Part shown: piece after piece, positions 30,180-41,440 of the stretch | Layout of the letters: every line of letters starts with the position of its first letter | Numbering within the stretch: the stretch's first letter is position 1 | Origin: an uncultured bacterium | Lineage (GTDB): Bacteria > Armatimonadota > Hebobacteria > CAIYQO01 | Reading direction: 5' to 3' | Length of the DNA: 64,000 nucleotides | NCBI GenBank assembly: GCA_964590255.1 | Contig: CAZPYA010000015.1 | Location: forward strand, 2,085-66,084 | Translations under genes and position numbers: made by a program | Notes under the pieces: generated by a model | The model's database searches: none | What the model was told of the DNA's origin: nothing | What the model saw: the letters and a program-made list of their open reading frames with translations, nothing else

Positions 30180-33100
30180 TTACTTGACGATGAACTGGCA
30201 CTTGCCGGCGGGAAGGGTGATGATCATCGCGTCAGTGCCGGCGGTGGCGGGCAGCGGTTTCGCTTCGCCGTTTACCAGTTGGTAGGCTTTCAGGCCGTGG
30301 GCCTCGGGGAAGCTGAGCTTCAGCGCGCCGGCGGTGGCGAAGTTGGCTTCGCCTGAGATGGTTTTGCCGAAGGTCACGGCGACGGGGCCTGGCGCGGTGA
30401 TGGCGTGGCCCCCGGCTTTCAGCGACGTGCCGGCGAGCAGCGCCAGCAGCGTCTGGCCGTTGCCGTCGCGGATGAGAGCGCGCTGGCCGTCGAGGGCGAT
30501 GCCGTTGGCGTCATATTTTCCGGGTTTCTCGGCGCAGATGACGACGTGGCGTTCGCCGTTAAGGACGGCGGTGGCGCCGGCGCCGCCCGCCCAGGCGGTG
30601 AAGACCGGCGGCGCCTCGTTGGGCAGGTGCGGGAAGAGCACGGTGAAGTAGCCCTTATGATCGGTGCGCTTCATGCGAAGGTAATGCTGCACTTCCTCGA
30701 AGGGCTTGTTGCCATTCACCGATTTCCACGGGTTTGCCATCGGACCGTAGAGGAAGTTGTGGCCATACTGGCCGGTGGTGAACTCCGGCTTCACGGGATC
30801 GAGCACCGTCACCGTCAAGTTCACGCCGTGCTGGCCGGCGTAGCGGGCGGTGTTGCCGTTGAACTGCACCCCGGTAGCCAGCCCCCACAGGCTGAACTCG
30901 TTGAAGTCGTCACCGGCGCCCTGCATGGTGTCGCGGACGACGGCGTAGTGCGGGCCGTCGGGCAGTTCGTGCTTCACCAGCATCACCTGGCGCGTCCAGG
31001 TGACAGGGGTGATGTATTCCGCGGGCGGGGTGCTGTTGGCGGGCATCACCGCCTTTGGGTCCTCGGGGATGGTAAAGAGACGGTCGGTGGTCATGCTGCC
31101 CATGGCGGCGTCGGCGGCGTCGAGCAGGCTCCATTCGCTGATCTCGCCCAGCGCGTACCAGTCCGTCTTGTGGTTCAGCGATATGCGGTTGTGCAGCCAC
31201 GGCCGGCCCATCATCGGCTGGTAGAGCGAGCCGAAGTCCATGAGCAGCGGTGTCCCCTTGGCGTAGAAGACGATCTCGCCTTGCTCGTTCTCGTAGTGCT
31301 CGTGCTGGCGGCCCATGCGGAAGAGCAGGTAGGTTTCCTGCTTGGTGCCGAAATGCGACCGCATCACCGTGCCGAAGCCGGGGAAGTGGCGACTGCTCAT
31401 GTCCGGCTGGGCGGCGGGCAGTTTCTCGTCGCACACCATCTCATCATTGGGATACATATACGGCATGCCCATGGCTTGCCACGCCCACTGCATCCAACTC
31501 GCATATCGCGGATCGCTCTTCGCCACGCCCGCCGCCATGCGGCCGTAGAGGCTGGTGGTCTCGTAGGCCGTGTTGCCGATGGTGGGCATGGAGCGGATGC
31601 CGAAGCGCGGATCGACCGGCGTCATGATCTGCGCGTGGTAGAGCATGGTGGACTTGAGGAACGGGTTCTGATAAAGATCGACGAAGCCGGCGTTTTTGAA
31701 CTGCGCCGCGGACTGCAGCACGCCGCTCATCGAGGCATCCATCTGGTAGTGCGGGCACTCGCGCCAGGCGCCGCCGGGGGCGGTGTAGTCGCGCAGCATG
31801 TCCAGCGTGCTCTTCGCCGAGGTCATCATCCACTCGACGGATTTCGGGTGTTCGGGGATGAGCGCGGCGCCGCTGCCCAGCGTGCTCAGGGACATGGTGG
31901 GCATGTTCGGGTTGCCCAGGTGGAAACCGGCGCCGTAAGCCAGCCAGTCGGGATCGGAGATCTTGTACATGCAGAAGGCGTAGAGGGCCTTCGCCTCGCG
32001 GCGTTCGTCCGGCGTCATTTCCGGCACGCTCATGGCGATGTCGAAGAGCGGCGACGCGCCCATGATGTGGCCGTTGCCGTGGTGCATGAAGGTGTTGATG
32101 CCCAGGTCGCCTTGGGTGTCCAGATAGCAGCCGAGGGACCAGCGCAGCTTGGGCAGGATGCCCATCCAGTTTACGTCGCCGTTGGCCTGCGAGCGCACCA
32201 GCGTGTCGCCCAGCGCTTTCTCCTGCGTCACCAGGTAGGCGAAGCGCTTGTGCAGCGGGCTGGCGAGCAGGTTCTTCAGCGCGGGGATGGTTTTCGCGCG
32301 CTCGCGCAGCGCGGGCAGGTCGGCGGCGCTGACGGCGCCGCGGGGGTAGGCGCCGGCGCCGGGATCGTCCCAGGCCAGCGTCCAGTCCTTGATCTTATCC
32401 AGCGGGTTCTGGCCGTAGCGCGTCCACGCCCGGCGGATGCCGCTCTTCGTGAAGTCGTCTTTCTCGGCGATCGTTTCGCCGGCGCGGCTCACCAGCAGGC
32501 CCCACTCGCGTACGCCCAGGTTGCGCGACGTGCCGGGCAGCACGGTGCCGGTCCAGTAGGGCGATTTGTAGTCGATGCCGTCCACCACCCAGTTTTGCTC
32601 GGGCTGGCGCAACGGCGCGCGCAGCACCAGCTCTTTGTCCTTCGTGGTGTTCAGGAAGAGGACGGTGGGATTGCGCCAGTGCCCGGGACGCTCGGGGAAG
32701 ACCGCCAGCAGGTCAGCCTGTGCATTGCCGGCCTTGTAGGCGCCGAAGTATGATGCCGACTGCGGCCACCAGACGAACAGGCCGTGGATGCGCATCAGCT
32801 CCTGGGTCTGCGCGTAGTCGATGGGGAAGACGGCTTCCTGCATGTTGCCGTAGCCGAAGACAGCCTTCGTCGGATTGAACTGCTTGTACGGGTCGATGTC
32901 GGTGTAGCGGCCGTACCAGCGCACGGTGTCCGGCTGCAGGCCCGGGGCCAGGCTGAAACAGAAGTTGCTGTCGCGCGCGGGCGAGGGGTCGCCCAGATCG
33001 AACTCCTCGCGCAGGTGGACGGTATCCTCGCCGGTGCGCAAGGTGACGTAGCAGGTGTAGCGCCCGCCGTCGAAGTCGTATTGCGCCTTCACGCGGGTGA

Positions 33101-33707
33101 AGATGGGGCCGGCGTGGGTGACGGCGATCTGATAGCCGGTCACCCGCTGCGGGCTTTCCAGCCAGCCGCGGCCCAGCCAGGCGCCGCTCTGCCCGCGCAC
33201 GGCGAGGATGGGGGCGGGCACCTTGTCGGCCTCGATGGGCGTTTTGAAGGTTTTCGTGCCGGCGCCCACGCGCACGGCGATGCGGTCATTGGCCAGCACG
33301 GCGCTGTCCTTCTCCTTCGTCACCGTCAGGTCGGTGGCCGCCGGTTCGAGCCGCGTGGTTTCGCCGTAGTGCAGCGTCCATGTGCGCGCCTGCCAGGGCT
33401 CAAAATCGGCCACCAGCGTGACGGTGAGCGGGATCTGCTGGTATTCGTGGTGCAGCACGGGGTCGCTCATCTGCGCCGGAATCGGCGTGCCGGTTTCGTC
33501 GGTGACGAACATGCCCGCCAGCGCCTTCGCCCGTTCGTCCGGGGTCTGCTGCAGGTTGATCACCGTCTGTGGCACCTTCACGGTGAAGGACAGCACCTCG
33601 TGTCGCCAGCCGCGCTTCAGCGCCTCGGTATAGCCGAAGGTGACGGTGCCGGCCGACGCCATGCACAGTGCCGTCAGCACCACCGCCAGAAGGAAGATGA
33701 ATCGCAT
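30180..33707 (-). CDS. Large secreted heparinase II/III-like (polysaccharide-lyase-like) protein
   Basis: Signal peptide; GAWRECPHY, FPGFGTVMR, H.H..QG.I.FYAKG.PL.D, TRQVMLVK, YAVVRD. Confidence 0.7.
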   Translation of the reverse strand: MRFIFLLAVVLTALCMASAGTVTFGYTEALKRGWRHEVLSFTVKVPQTVINLQQTPDERAKALAGMFVTDETGTPIPAQMSDPVLHHEYQQIPLTVTLVADFEPWQARTWTLHYGETTRLEPAATDLTVTKEKDSAVLANDRIAVRVGAGTKTFKTPIEADKVPAPILAVRGQSGAWLGRGWLESPQRVTGYQIAVTHAGPIFTRVKAQYDFDGGRYTCYVTLRTGEDTVHLREEFDLGDPSPARDSNFCFSLAPGLQPDTVRWYGRYTDIDPYKQFNPTKAVFGYGNMQEAVFPIDYAQTQELMRIHGLFVWWPQSASYFGAYKAGNAQADLLAVFPERPGHWRNPTVLFLNTTKDKELVLRAPLRQPEQNWVVDGIDYKSPYWTGTVLPGTSRNLGVREWGLLVSRAGETIAEKDDFTKSGIRRAWTRYGQNPLDKIKDWTLAWDDPGAGAYPRGAVSAADLPALRERAKTIPALKNLLASPLHKRFAYLVTQEKALGDTLVRSQANGDVNWMGILPKLRWSLGCYLDTQGDLGINTFMHHGNGHIMGASPLFDIAMSVPEMTPDERREAKALYAFCMYKISDPDWLAYGAGFHLGNPNMPTMSLSTLGSGAALIPEHPKSVEWMMTSAKSTLDMLRDYTAPGGAWRECPHYQMDASMSGVLQSAAQFKNAGFVDLYQNPFLKSTMLYHAQIMTPVDPRFGIRSMPTIGNTAYETTSLYGRMAAGVAKSDPRYASWMQWAWQAMGMPYMYPNDEMVCDEKLPAAQPDMSSRHFPGFGTVMRSHFGTKQETYLLFRMGRQHEHYENEQGEIVFYAKGTPLLMDFGSLYQPMMGRPWLHNRISLNHKTDWYALGEISEWSLLDAADAAMGSMTTDRLFTIPEDPKAVMPANSTPPAEYITPVTWTRQVMLVKHELPDGPHYAVVRDTMQGAGDDFNEFSLWGLATGVQFNGNTARYAGQHGVNLTVTVLDPVKPEFTTGQYGHNFLYGPMANPWKSVNGNKPFEEVQHYLRMKRTDHKGYFTVLFPHLPNEAPPVFTAWAGGAGATAVLNGERHVVICAEKPGKYDANGIALDGQRALIRDGNGQTLLALLAGTSLKAGGHAITAPGPVAVTFGKTISGEANFATAGALKLSFPEAHGLKAYQLVNGEAKPLPATAGTDAMIITLPAGKCQFIVK

Positions 33708-33930
33708 CGTCATACCTCGCAAGTGAGATACAGGGGAGATTCGGCGGGTGGGGGTGGGGTTCCTGCCGGAAAGAACAGGTAGTCCGCGCCCGGAGTTTAC
33801 CCCGAAGAAATCGGGGCGGCGCGTGTCTTCGCATTTGTACTCCGGTGTGCGGTTGATTGCGTGCCCGACGACGGTGTAGTCGAGCACGAGTATGGATTCG
33901 GTACCACAGGCCGCATGGGGTGCGGACTTC

Positions 33931-34410
33931 CTATTGTTGCATCATTTCCGTAATCTGTGCCAGTGCCGTCTCCATCGATCCAGGCATGACTGCTATTGCG
34001 TAATCGTGTGCGATGCACTCGAAAGTCGAGTCGTGGAATGCGAAGATGAAGTGGCGTTTGCCAGCCAGGAAGCGTTCTGGTGAATGGTATTGGTGCACCG
34101 CATTCATGCGCTCAAGTTGGCGAATCCACGATGAATGGAATACTTCACTGGCACTATAGAGTTGTAAGCCACGTCCGGCAAGCGGATGCCCGATGAATGC
34201 TTCGTCATTCGGGGGGCCGAACATGTGGCAATAGGGGCGATTGAATGTCACGATTGCGATGCTTTCGTTTTCAGTTATAGGCGTTTGCACGCTATATGCG
34301 AGATAGAGTTGCATCTCGTCACAGATGATTAATGGCAACGGTGCGCCGACATCAGATTGTGGCACATCGGTCAATTCGGTGATGGTGTCGCGGTTATCTA
34401 CGGGATACAT
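33931..34410 (-). CDS. Conserved hypothetical protein
   Basis: PQSDVGAP, FGPPNDEA..GHPL..RGL, SSWIRQL, HFIFAFHDSTFECIA; lower GC than host. Confidence 0.7.
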   Translation of the reverse strand: MYPVDNRDTITELTDVPQSDVGAPLPLIICDEMQLYLAYSVQTPITENESIAIVTFNRPYCHMFGPPNDEAFIGHPLAGRGLQLYSASEVFHSSWIRQLERMNAVHQYHSPERFLAGKRHFIFAFHDSTFECIAHDYAIAVMPGSMETALAQITEMMQQ

Positions 34411-34423
34411 GTCATTCGCCTTC

Positions 34424-35224
34424 CTACGCCCGTGCCAACTCCGCCTCATATCCCTTCATCGTCGCCAACTCCCGCGGCAGATGCACCTCGTACGGTTCCC
34501 AGCCGATCCATTCGCCGCTGATATAGCCCGGGTAATTCATCGAGAGCAGGCAGTCGATGGCGGTGCGGTGGTCGACGACGCCGTGGCCGATGGGGAGGAG
34601 GGGGCCGTTGGCGGGTTCGCCGTCGTGGACGTGGAGGTGGGCGATGTAGGGTTTCAGTATCTCGAAGGATTCGCGCATGGTGGCGAAACCGCCGCGGACG
34701 GGGTGCATGATGTCCCAGTTGGCGCGGACGGCGGGGGAGTCGACGCGGGCGAGCACCTCGGCGACGTGGCGCGGGTCGCACCAGGCGTCGTGGGTTTCCA
34801 TGCAGACGGCCACGCCGCGGGCGGCGGCATGATCGGCGACGCTGGCGAGGGAGGCTACCAGCAGGTCGATGGCCGCCTCGCGGGAGAGGCCGTCAGCCAG
34901 GTTGCCGCCGAAGACGCGGATGCGCGGAGCGCCGACGTCGCCGGCCAGGTCGATAGCCCGGCGGGTGGCGTCGAGCATGTCGACCGTCTTCGCCGGGTCG
35001 GCGTAGGTGCAGGAGGTGGCGAGGCAGCACAGCGCGATGCCGCTCTCTTCGGCCAGCGCTTTCGCGGCGGCGCGGGCCGCGGGGTCGGCGTCGAACTCGA
35101 TGCCGTGCCGGTGCCCGGCGCTGATGCGCGGCTCGATGCCGTCATAGCCCAACCGCGCGGCCAACGCCAGCATCTCGGCAAGGGATAACTCCGGGGTAGA
35201 AAAGCTCATGAAGGCGTAACGCAT
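34424..35224 (-). CDS. Sugar phosphate isomerase/epimerase (xylose-isomerase-like TIM barrel)
   Basis: GYDGIE, RVFGG, METHD, NWDIMH, HLHVHD, YISGEW. Confidence 0.88.
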   Translation of the reverse strand: MRYAFMSFSTPELSLAEMLALAARLGYDGIEPRISAGHRHGIEFDADPAARAAAKALAEESGIALCCLATSCTYADPAKTVDMLDATRRAIDLAGDVGAPRIRVFGGNLADGLSREAAIDLLVASLASVADHAAARGVAVCMETHDAWCDPRHVAEVLARVDSPAVRANWDIMHPVRGGFATMRESFEILKPYIAHLHVHDGEPANGPLLPIGHGVVDHRTAIDCLLSMNYPGYISGEWIGWEPYEVHLPRELATMKGYEAELARA

Positions 35225-35243
35225 GGTCGGGGCTCCGTTTCTA

Positions 35244-35903
35244 TCAGTCAATATAATACTCCCACACCACCTTCGTCACCGTGCCATTCGCGAGGTGGAA
35301 GGTAGTGGTGCTGGGGGCGAGGCTGTAGACGTAGGTGAGGGTGGCGGCGGTGCGCGCTTTGGGGGTGCCGAGGGTGTCGAGGATGAGTTTCTCCGTCGCA
35401 CCCACGCCCAGGTACCATTTCACCACCCACGTCTTGCCGGTGACGACCATGCCGGCGGGGAGTTCGCCACCGGTGTTGGTGACGCGCAGGAAGCTCATGG
35501 TCATGCCGTCGTAGACCAGCGTGCGCAGTTGATCCGGCTTGGACGGCACGTGGGCGTTCGGCACCGATTTCGTCTCGATACGGCGCGGCGTGCCAAAGTC
35601 GGCGATGACGCCGGCTTCCGTCTTTTGCACCGGCGGCATGAGCGCGTCAAAAATAAGCAGGTCGACGCGCTGCCGTTTGCCGGCAGGCATGTCGAGAGCA
35701 TCCTGGGGGTTGGCCGGGGTGACCGCGATGGGTGGCGCGGGGGTGGCCGGCGCGGGTTTCGGTGGCGGCGGGGCCTGCTGCTGCGTGCTGCGCCAGTATT
35801 CATATCCGGTCAATGCGACGCCGATGATGATGAGCAGGATCAGCATCAAGCCGAATCCTTTGCCTTGCAGCGGATCGGCGTTGGTTGGTTGTGGCGTGCC
35901 CAT
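35244..35903 (-). CDS. Membrane-anchored hypothetical protein
   Basis: AAGGAG SD; TM helix, Pro-rich linker, two similar G.P-containing small domains. Confidence 0.6.
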   Translation of the reverse strand: MGTPQPTNADPLQGKGFGLMLILLIIIGVALTGYEYWRSTQQQAPPPPKPAPATPAPPIAVTPANPQDALDMPAGKRQRVDLLIFDALMPPVQKTEAGVIADFGTPRRIETKSVPNAHVPSKPDQLRTLVYDGMTMSFLRVTNTGGELPAGMVVTGKTWVVKWYLGVGATEKLILDTLGTPKARTAATLTYVYSLAPSTTTFHLANGTVTKVVWEYYID

Positions 35904-36497
35904 GGTGTTGCTCCTTGCGGGTGCGGGTATTGGGTTTTTCGCGCGCGAATAGACGTGGTTTTCTGGCGCAGAGCCGTCGTGATGCAATACGCATCATGCC
36001 ACGAGCGTGAAAGAGTAAACGCTCGCGCCTGGTGATGTCGCGCAAATCACCATCACGGTAACCCGTTCTGTGCCACTGGATGAAATCCTTTTTCGACACG
36101 GTCATTGATCACGCATACCGATCACGGCACAGCACGATCACCATCCCGCGTGTGGTAACGTCATTGCCCGCGTCACGGAATGACATCGTACCCCCCCCCG
36201 GTGACATAGCTATGCAATGCGCACTCGCCGTGTTGATGGCTCGATGCATCGCCGCATCTGACAAAAAACGGGACGCGCCAAGCGCGTCCCGTTCTGCCTA
36301 ATCCCTCATTGTTGCGGGTCATCACGATGATCTTCGATCGGAGAACGAACCGCATTGTTACCGTATTCATTCAGTCTGCGCAGGCGGACAGCCGGCGCGT
36401 AGGCGCCCTGCAGCCAGGACTTCAGTCCCAGCACAGGTCACCAAACCATGATACAACGTGATGACCCGCTACACCTAATCCCTGTCCCCTATTTGCC

Positions 36498-36648
36498 CTC
36501 GACGCCTGTGCCCGGCACGGCGGGAAGGCGCCCGCCGACATCGACCGGTTCCTCCCCTGGAACGCCAGCGTCGCCGACCGCGCCGTCTGGACCCAGCCCC
36601 CGACTGCCGCCTAAGCAGGAGGGGGGATGGGGTTCACCGAATAGTGAC
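36498..36648 (+). mobile_element. IS66-family remnant (transposase C-terminus + right end)
   Basis: Frame LDACARHGGKAPADIDRFLPWNAS...* (36498-36614), then GGTTCACCGAATAGTGAC resembling an IS66 terminal inverted repeat. Confidence 0.6.
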
Positions 36649-36829
36649 AAACCTGTTGCGCATCATCACGACATTTTACGTCATCGCCGTAATAGCTTGC
36701 GACTGGCCGGTGATGCTCACGGACGGCAAACACGCCGTCGATGTGCGCGAGTGGACCTATCCGACTCCCCCGCCGGCGCCGGCACGGGCTAGGGTGAACT
36801 AACGCAGAGGATGCTTCAGGAGACGAGAA

Positions 36830-39800
36830 TGCTTCGTAATACGGCCTGCACGCTGGTATGGCTTTTGATAGGGATGGCGATGGTGATGACGTGCGCAAAC
36901 GCTGCGCCGCCGGAGTTGCGGGCGCAAATATCGTTGAATGGTACCTGGTTCTTTACCCCGGCTGGCGGGGAGAAGACGACCATCACCGTGCCGGACTACT
37001 GGGACGCCCGACCGGGTTTCACCACGGATCATGCCATGTATGCGCGTGAAGTGATGGTACCGGCGGCCTTTGCCGGCAAGCGCGTGCGTGTCGAGTTCGA
37101 CAGCGTCTGCCAGATTGCCGAGGTGTTAGTCAATGGGACATCCGTGGGAAAACACGTTGGCGGGTGGATTCCCTTCTCGTTTGATATCACCGATCTGGTA
37201 ACCCCGGGCACTCCCTGCACCTTGCAGGTGGATGTGCTCGGAGGGAACCACGCACCGATCGTCAATGCGCAGGGGGCCGTGCAATGGCCGGTGGGCTGGT
37301 ATGGCCATCAGATGCGCTGGGGGATCAATTGTGACGTCTGGCTGCGCGCCTATGGCACGGTCAGCATTGAGGATGCGCAGATCGTCACCTCGTATCGGTC
37401 GCATACCCTCACCGTCACCTATACCATACCAGGACTTTCGCTTGCGAGCGTAATTTCTCCCCTACTGGCGGGGATGCGTGAGCGTGAAAAGCAACTACGA
37501 GCGAAAGTCCTGCATACAAAACAATGATACCGTGGCCCGCACCGTCACGATGCAGAGCGATGCCGTGCACGCCACAAGTGGCGAGACAGCACTCACGCTG
37601 GCAAGTAAACCGTTCGTCCTGACCGCCGGAGAGCGCCGAACGATCACGGTGAGCAAGAAGTGGGCGAATCCCCAACCCTGGTATCCTTACCCCGATGACC
37701 GGCATCCGCTCTATCATCTGCAGTCTCGCATCATCGAGGGAAAAACCGTTGTCGATGCCGAGACACGCCGCTTCGGCTTCCGCGAGATCTGGATCGATGG
37801 CGACCATTACATGCTGAATGGGGTACGTCTGAATCTGTATGGCGCGAATATCACGGATCACCACGAAGGGTATAAAAATGCCCGGTATCGGCTGATGTCG
37901 CCGGAGACCTGGCCGAAGACGCTGGCGCAGTGGCTGGCGTTGAATACCCGGTATGCCCGATTTCATATGGCGCCCGTCGATCCTTTCGTGCTGGATGTCT
38001 GCGATGAAATGGGATTCCTGGTGATGGAAGAATCGGCCATTTACGCGCGAGAATACCTGCAGCCTTCGGCCACCGATGCGAAAGGTTTCCTGAAAAACAG
38101 CTCGATATGGATTGGACCATGGGTGCGCAGCCGGCGCAATCATCCCTGCATTGTGCAGTGGAGCATAGAGAATGAAATGCTCGGATACGGTGGATGGCGC
38201 GATATGCCACACGATGCGCGGCAATGGCGTGATGCGATACGACAAGAGGATGTGACGCGTCCGGTGGTATTTGAAGGTGATGGCGACTATTTCCGTCACT
38301 TCGCCGAGGAAGTCTACAACCGGCATTACCCGGAAGGGTATTTGCAGGCGTGGACAAAGCCGATCTATGGGTATCGCCTGGAGCAGGACGGCGTGCCCAA
38401 CGGTATTGGTGAATTCTTAACGTCCTATGATAAGAATGGGGCGGTCAACCAGTGGATGCACGGGACGATCATCCGTGGTTTGCGTTATACGAATTGGGCT
38501 GACATACGCCCGTATACCACGGCCTGGGTGTGGCGCGATCTCCAATCGCCGAAAACGGATAACTTACGGAATGGCCAGGCCTTTGTCGCGCTCTTTGATA
38601 AAGACTACGATGCGCTGGGCACCGCACCGATGGCCGCGGGGAAACTGCCGTCGCTGCATGCCGGTAACCATGAAACGCGGCATCTGGTGCTGTTCAACGA
38701 TGAGTTTGCCGAGACCGCGATCACCGTTGAAGTGACCCTCAAAGCCGGCAACACCGTGTATGCGCATGGACAGCGCACGGTGAGCATCCCACTGGGAGAA
38801 CATGCCGATCTGGACTGTACCTTTCAGGTGCCCCACGTCGCCGGGCAGGCACTGGAAATGCTGCTACAGACCAGCAAGCGTGGTACGGCAAAATTTGCCG
38901 AGATAAAATCTTTTTCCATCATCGACACACAGGCATCGTCGGAGCCCACCGCAACAGCTATCAACATCGGTACGCCCCGGCTCGTGAATCTACATGTCGA
39001 GAGCGCACTTACAATTGTGCAACCCTTTGTAACGACCCCCAAGGGTAAACGTGGGGTCGTGCGCCTGACATTGGTGAATCAGGAAGCGCACGAGACGGCA
39101 GCGGGGCAAGTGACACTCGTCGTTGAACCGCAAGGGGGCGGGCAGGTGAGCGGAAATGCGGTATTGCCCTTATCCTTGAAGCCGGGTAAACGGATAACGA
39201 AAGATTTTACCGTTGACATTCTGCCCGGTCGATCGACGATTCGCACGCGTTCGGAACAGTTGGGTTTGCGGAATAGCGCCATTACTATCGAGGTTGATAG
39301 CACCATCCGGCGTATGGCGGCACTCGCTAATGTCGAACAGGTGCCGATGGCGTTGAAGACGGATGCCCCACACGACATCCAGTATCGCAACCAACCGCTG
39401 GGGCGTATGCAATACGCCATCGCCGGCGACTACCTGGCGGTGCGGATGCAGGTACTCGATGCGCGTATCACTCCAACGCTGAAAGCCTGGCCGGATACCG
39501 CGGTGGATATCCTGGCGTCAGTGCCGGGCACTGACACGGTGCGCCAGGTGGTCTTCCTGCCCAAAGGCCCGGGAGGTGGACCAGTCAACCTGAATGAAAA
39601 CGGGCATGCGTTACCTGCTCCACAAGTTGCCTGGCAGGTGACACCGTTGCCTGACCACGGCTATACCCTCACCGCGCTCATTCCGCTCACGCTATTCCAG
39701 CTCGATGCCGCGGTACACGAATTCCTCTTCGATTGTGCGGTCTGCGCTGCGCCGGCTCCTGACGCTCCGGTGCAGTATCAGACGCTGTTCCGCAGTTATG

Positions 39801-39847
39801 CGGCGTTTCACAATAACAGTCGTTTTGGGCGCCTAATCGTTGAATGA
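36830..39847 (+). pseudogene. GH2 beta-galactosidase-like glycoside hydrolase interrupted by a MITE
   Basis: ISLNGTW, HVGGWIPFSFDIT, FGFREI, CDEMGFLV, NHPCIVQWSIENE; ORFs 36811-37527 and 37478-39847 join in frame once the 88-bp insertion is removed. Confidence 0.85.
37430..37512. mobile_element. 83-bp MITE with 13-bp TIRs and 5-bp target-site duplication
   Basis: CATAC|CAGGACTTTCGCT...AGCGAAAGTCCTG|CATAC. Confidence 0.9.
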
Positions 39848-39852
39848 GCAAG

Positions 39853-40126
39853 CCCAACTTCCGCAGTTCTACCCGGCAACCTTTTGTGAAACTTTTTTTG
39901 GTGTGCGCCTACAGTCTCAGCATCCGTGCGCCCTCGTGCGCCGTCTGGCAAACACAATATAGTGACCCCAAGGCCGCTCGATCAGCATGCTATACTGGCG
40001 GTATGTTCGTATGGCCTATTCGCAAAAAGCGGCCCAATGGCAAGGTGGAGCAGACGTGGGTGCTGGTGGAATCGGTGCGGACGGCCCGTGATCTTCGCCA
40101 GCGCACGGTCGCCTATCTCGGCGATC
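39853..40126 (+). mobile_element. IS1634-family remnant (left end + transposase N-terminus)
   Basis: CCCAACTTCCGCA end; ATG 40003 MFVWPIRKKRPNGKVEQTWVLVESVRTARDLRQRTVAYLGD, then truncated. Confidence 0.7.
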
Positions 40127-40312
40127 AACAGGGAAATAGGGGACACCGGAGGGAGGCAATAGCAGCATTCCCCAAACGATCACATGAATGGTCAGAAATC
40201 ACCGCCGTAAGCCCCCTTTCAGGGGGCGTCGCTCGGTTGCCCGGCCATGTATGGCCGGGCGGGGAGGCGGCGAAAGACTCGGCGTCGGAATTCTACAATT
40301 GTCCCCAGTCCC

Positions 40313-41326
40313 CTATTCGCCTTTAGTCGGGAACTTGCTGAGCACGTCGCCGAAGAGATCGCCGAGGGTGGGGGTGACGGAGGTAGTGGCGGTGCGCTGC
40401 TGGCGCATGAAGTCGCGCACTTCCGAACGCTCTTTATCGAATTCGGCCTTGCGGATGCTCAGCGTGACGCGGCGGTCGTGGTAATGGAGCTCGATGATTT
40501 TCACCATCACTTTTTGCCCGGGCTCCAGGGTGACCGGCGCGCCGTCGTCGCCGCGGCGGCGGTTGGACATTTCTTTTTCAGGGATGATGCCGTCGATGCC
40601 GGGCAGCACGCGGGCGACGGCGCCGAGGTCGGCCATGCGCAGGATCTCGACTTCGACGATGTCGCCTTCCTTCAGATCGCGGCGCGCCACGCGCCAGGGA
40701 TCGTCAGTGAGCTGCTTGAGGCCTAGCGAGATGCGCTCGGAGTCCGCCTCGATCTTCAGCACCTTCACGGTAACCTTGTCGCCGACCTGCACCACATCCT
40801 GCGGGTGCTTCACGGTGTCCCAGGCCATGTCGGAGACGTGGAGCAGACCGTCGACGCCGCCGATGTCGACGAAGGCGCCGAAATCGGTGATGCGGCGCAC
40901 CACGCCCTCCACGGTTTCGCCGCGCTCCAGCGCGGCCAGCGTCTTGGCGCGGCGGGCGGCGCGTTTTTCTTCCACGGCATGACGATGCGAGAGCACCACG
41001 CGGCCGTTTTCGCGGTCGACTTCGGTGACCTTCACTTCCAGCGTGGAGCCGATGTAGCGCTCCAGGTTGCCCAGGTGGCGGGTGGCGATTTCCGATTTCG
41101 GGATGAAGGCGCGTACGCCCAGGTCGACCACGAGGCCGCCTTTAGACGCGTCGACCACCAGCACGCGCAGGTTGGCGCGCTCGATTTTCACGGCCGCGAG
41201 CTTATCCCACACGTTGTCGTAGTCGGTCTGGCCTTCGGTCGACTCGGCGACCAGCTCGCCGTCCGCGACCTCGGCTTCTTCCACGCCGATGATTTCGTCG
41301 TCCAACTCAAGATGTGAACTCGACAT
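40313..41326 (-). CDS. rpsA: 30S ribosomal protein S1 (three S1 domains)
   Basis: KGGLVVDLGVRAFIPKSE, TDFGAFVDIGGVDGLLHVSD, TLGDLFGD tail. Confidence 0.85.
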   Translation of the reverse strand: MSSSHLELDDEIIGVEEAEVADGELVAESTEGQTDYDNVWDKLAAVKIERANLRVLVVDASKGGLVVDLGVRAFIPKSEIATRHLGNLERYIGSTLEVKVTEVDRENGRVVLSHRHAVEEKRAARRAKTLAALERGETVEGVVRRITDFGAFVDIGGVDGLLHVSDMAWDTVKHPQDVVQVGDKVTVKVLKIEADSERISLGLKQLTDDPWRVARRDLKEGDIVEVEILRMADLGAVARVLPGIDGIIPEKEMSNRRRGDDGAPVTLEPGQKVMVKIIELHYHDRRVTLSIRKAEFDKERSEVRDFMRQQRTATTSVTPTLGDLFGDVLSKFPTKGE

Positions 41327-41440
41327 GATGTCCCCAGCAGAAAACAGCAATAAGATGGCGTCGGCCGGGTTTCCGCCCATACGCTCATGAAGAGTGTACC
41401 ATATTCTCGCGCGCGGGGGGAATACCCGGATTAATTTTCC

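Noticed and set aside
30405-32753. 782-aa plus-strand ORF (and similar long ORFs at 4053-6071, 8913-10511, 20867-22735, 46387-48063)
   Set aside because: Antisense shadows of well-supported genes, expected in high-GC DNA; no recognisable motifs
33800-33930. LDYTVVGHAINR resembling a class III nucleotide cyclase motif in the ORF-track extension of the lyase gene
   Set aside because: Too short to support; the true lyase start with SD and signal peptide is at 33707
35990-36480. Long non-coding stretch, possible riboswitch or sRNA
   Set aside because: No conserved riboswitch motif or convincing ORF recognised by eye
37420-37530. Programmed frameshift or sequencing error in the GH2 gene
   Set aside because: Fully explained by the TIR/TSD-bounded 83-bp insertion
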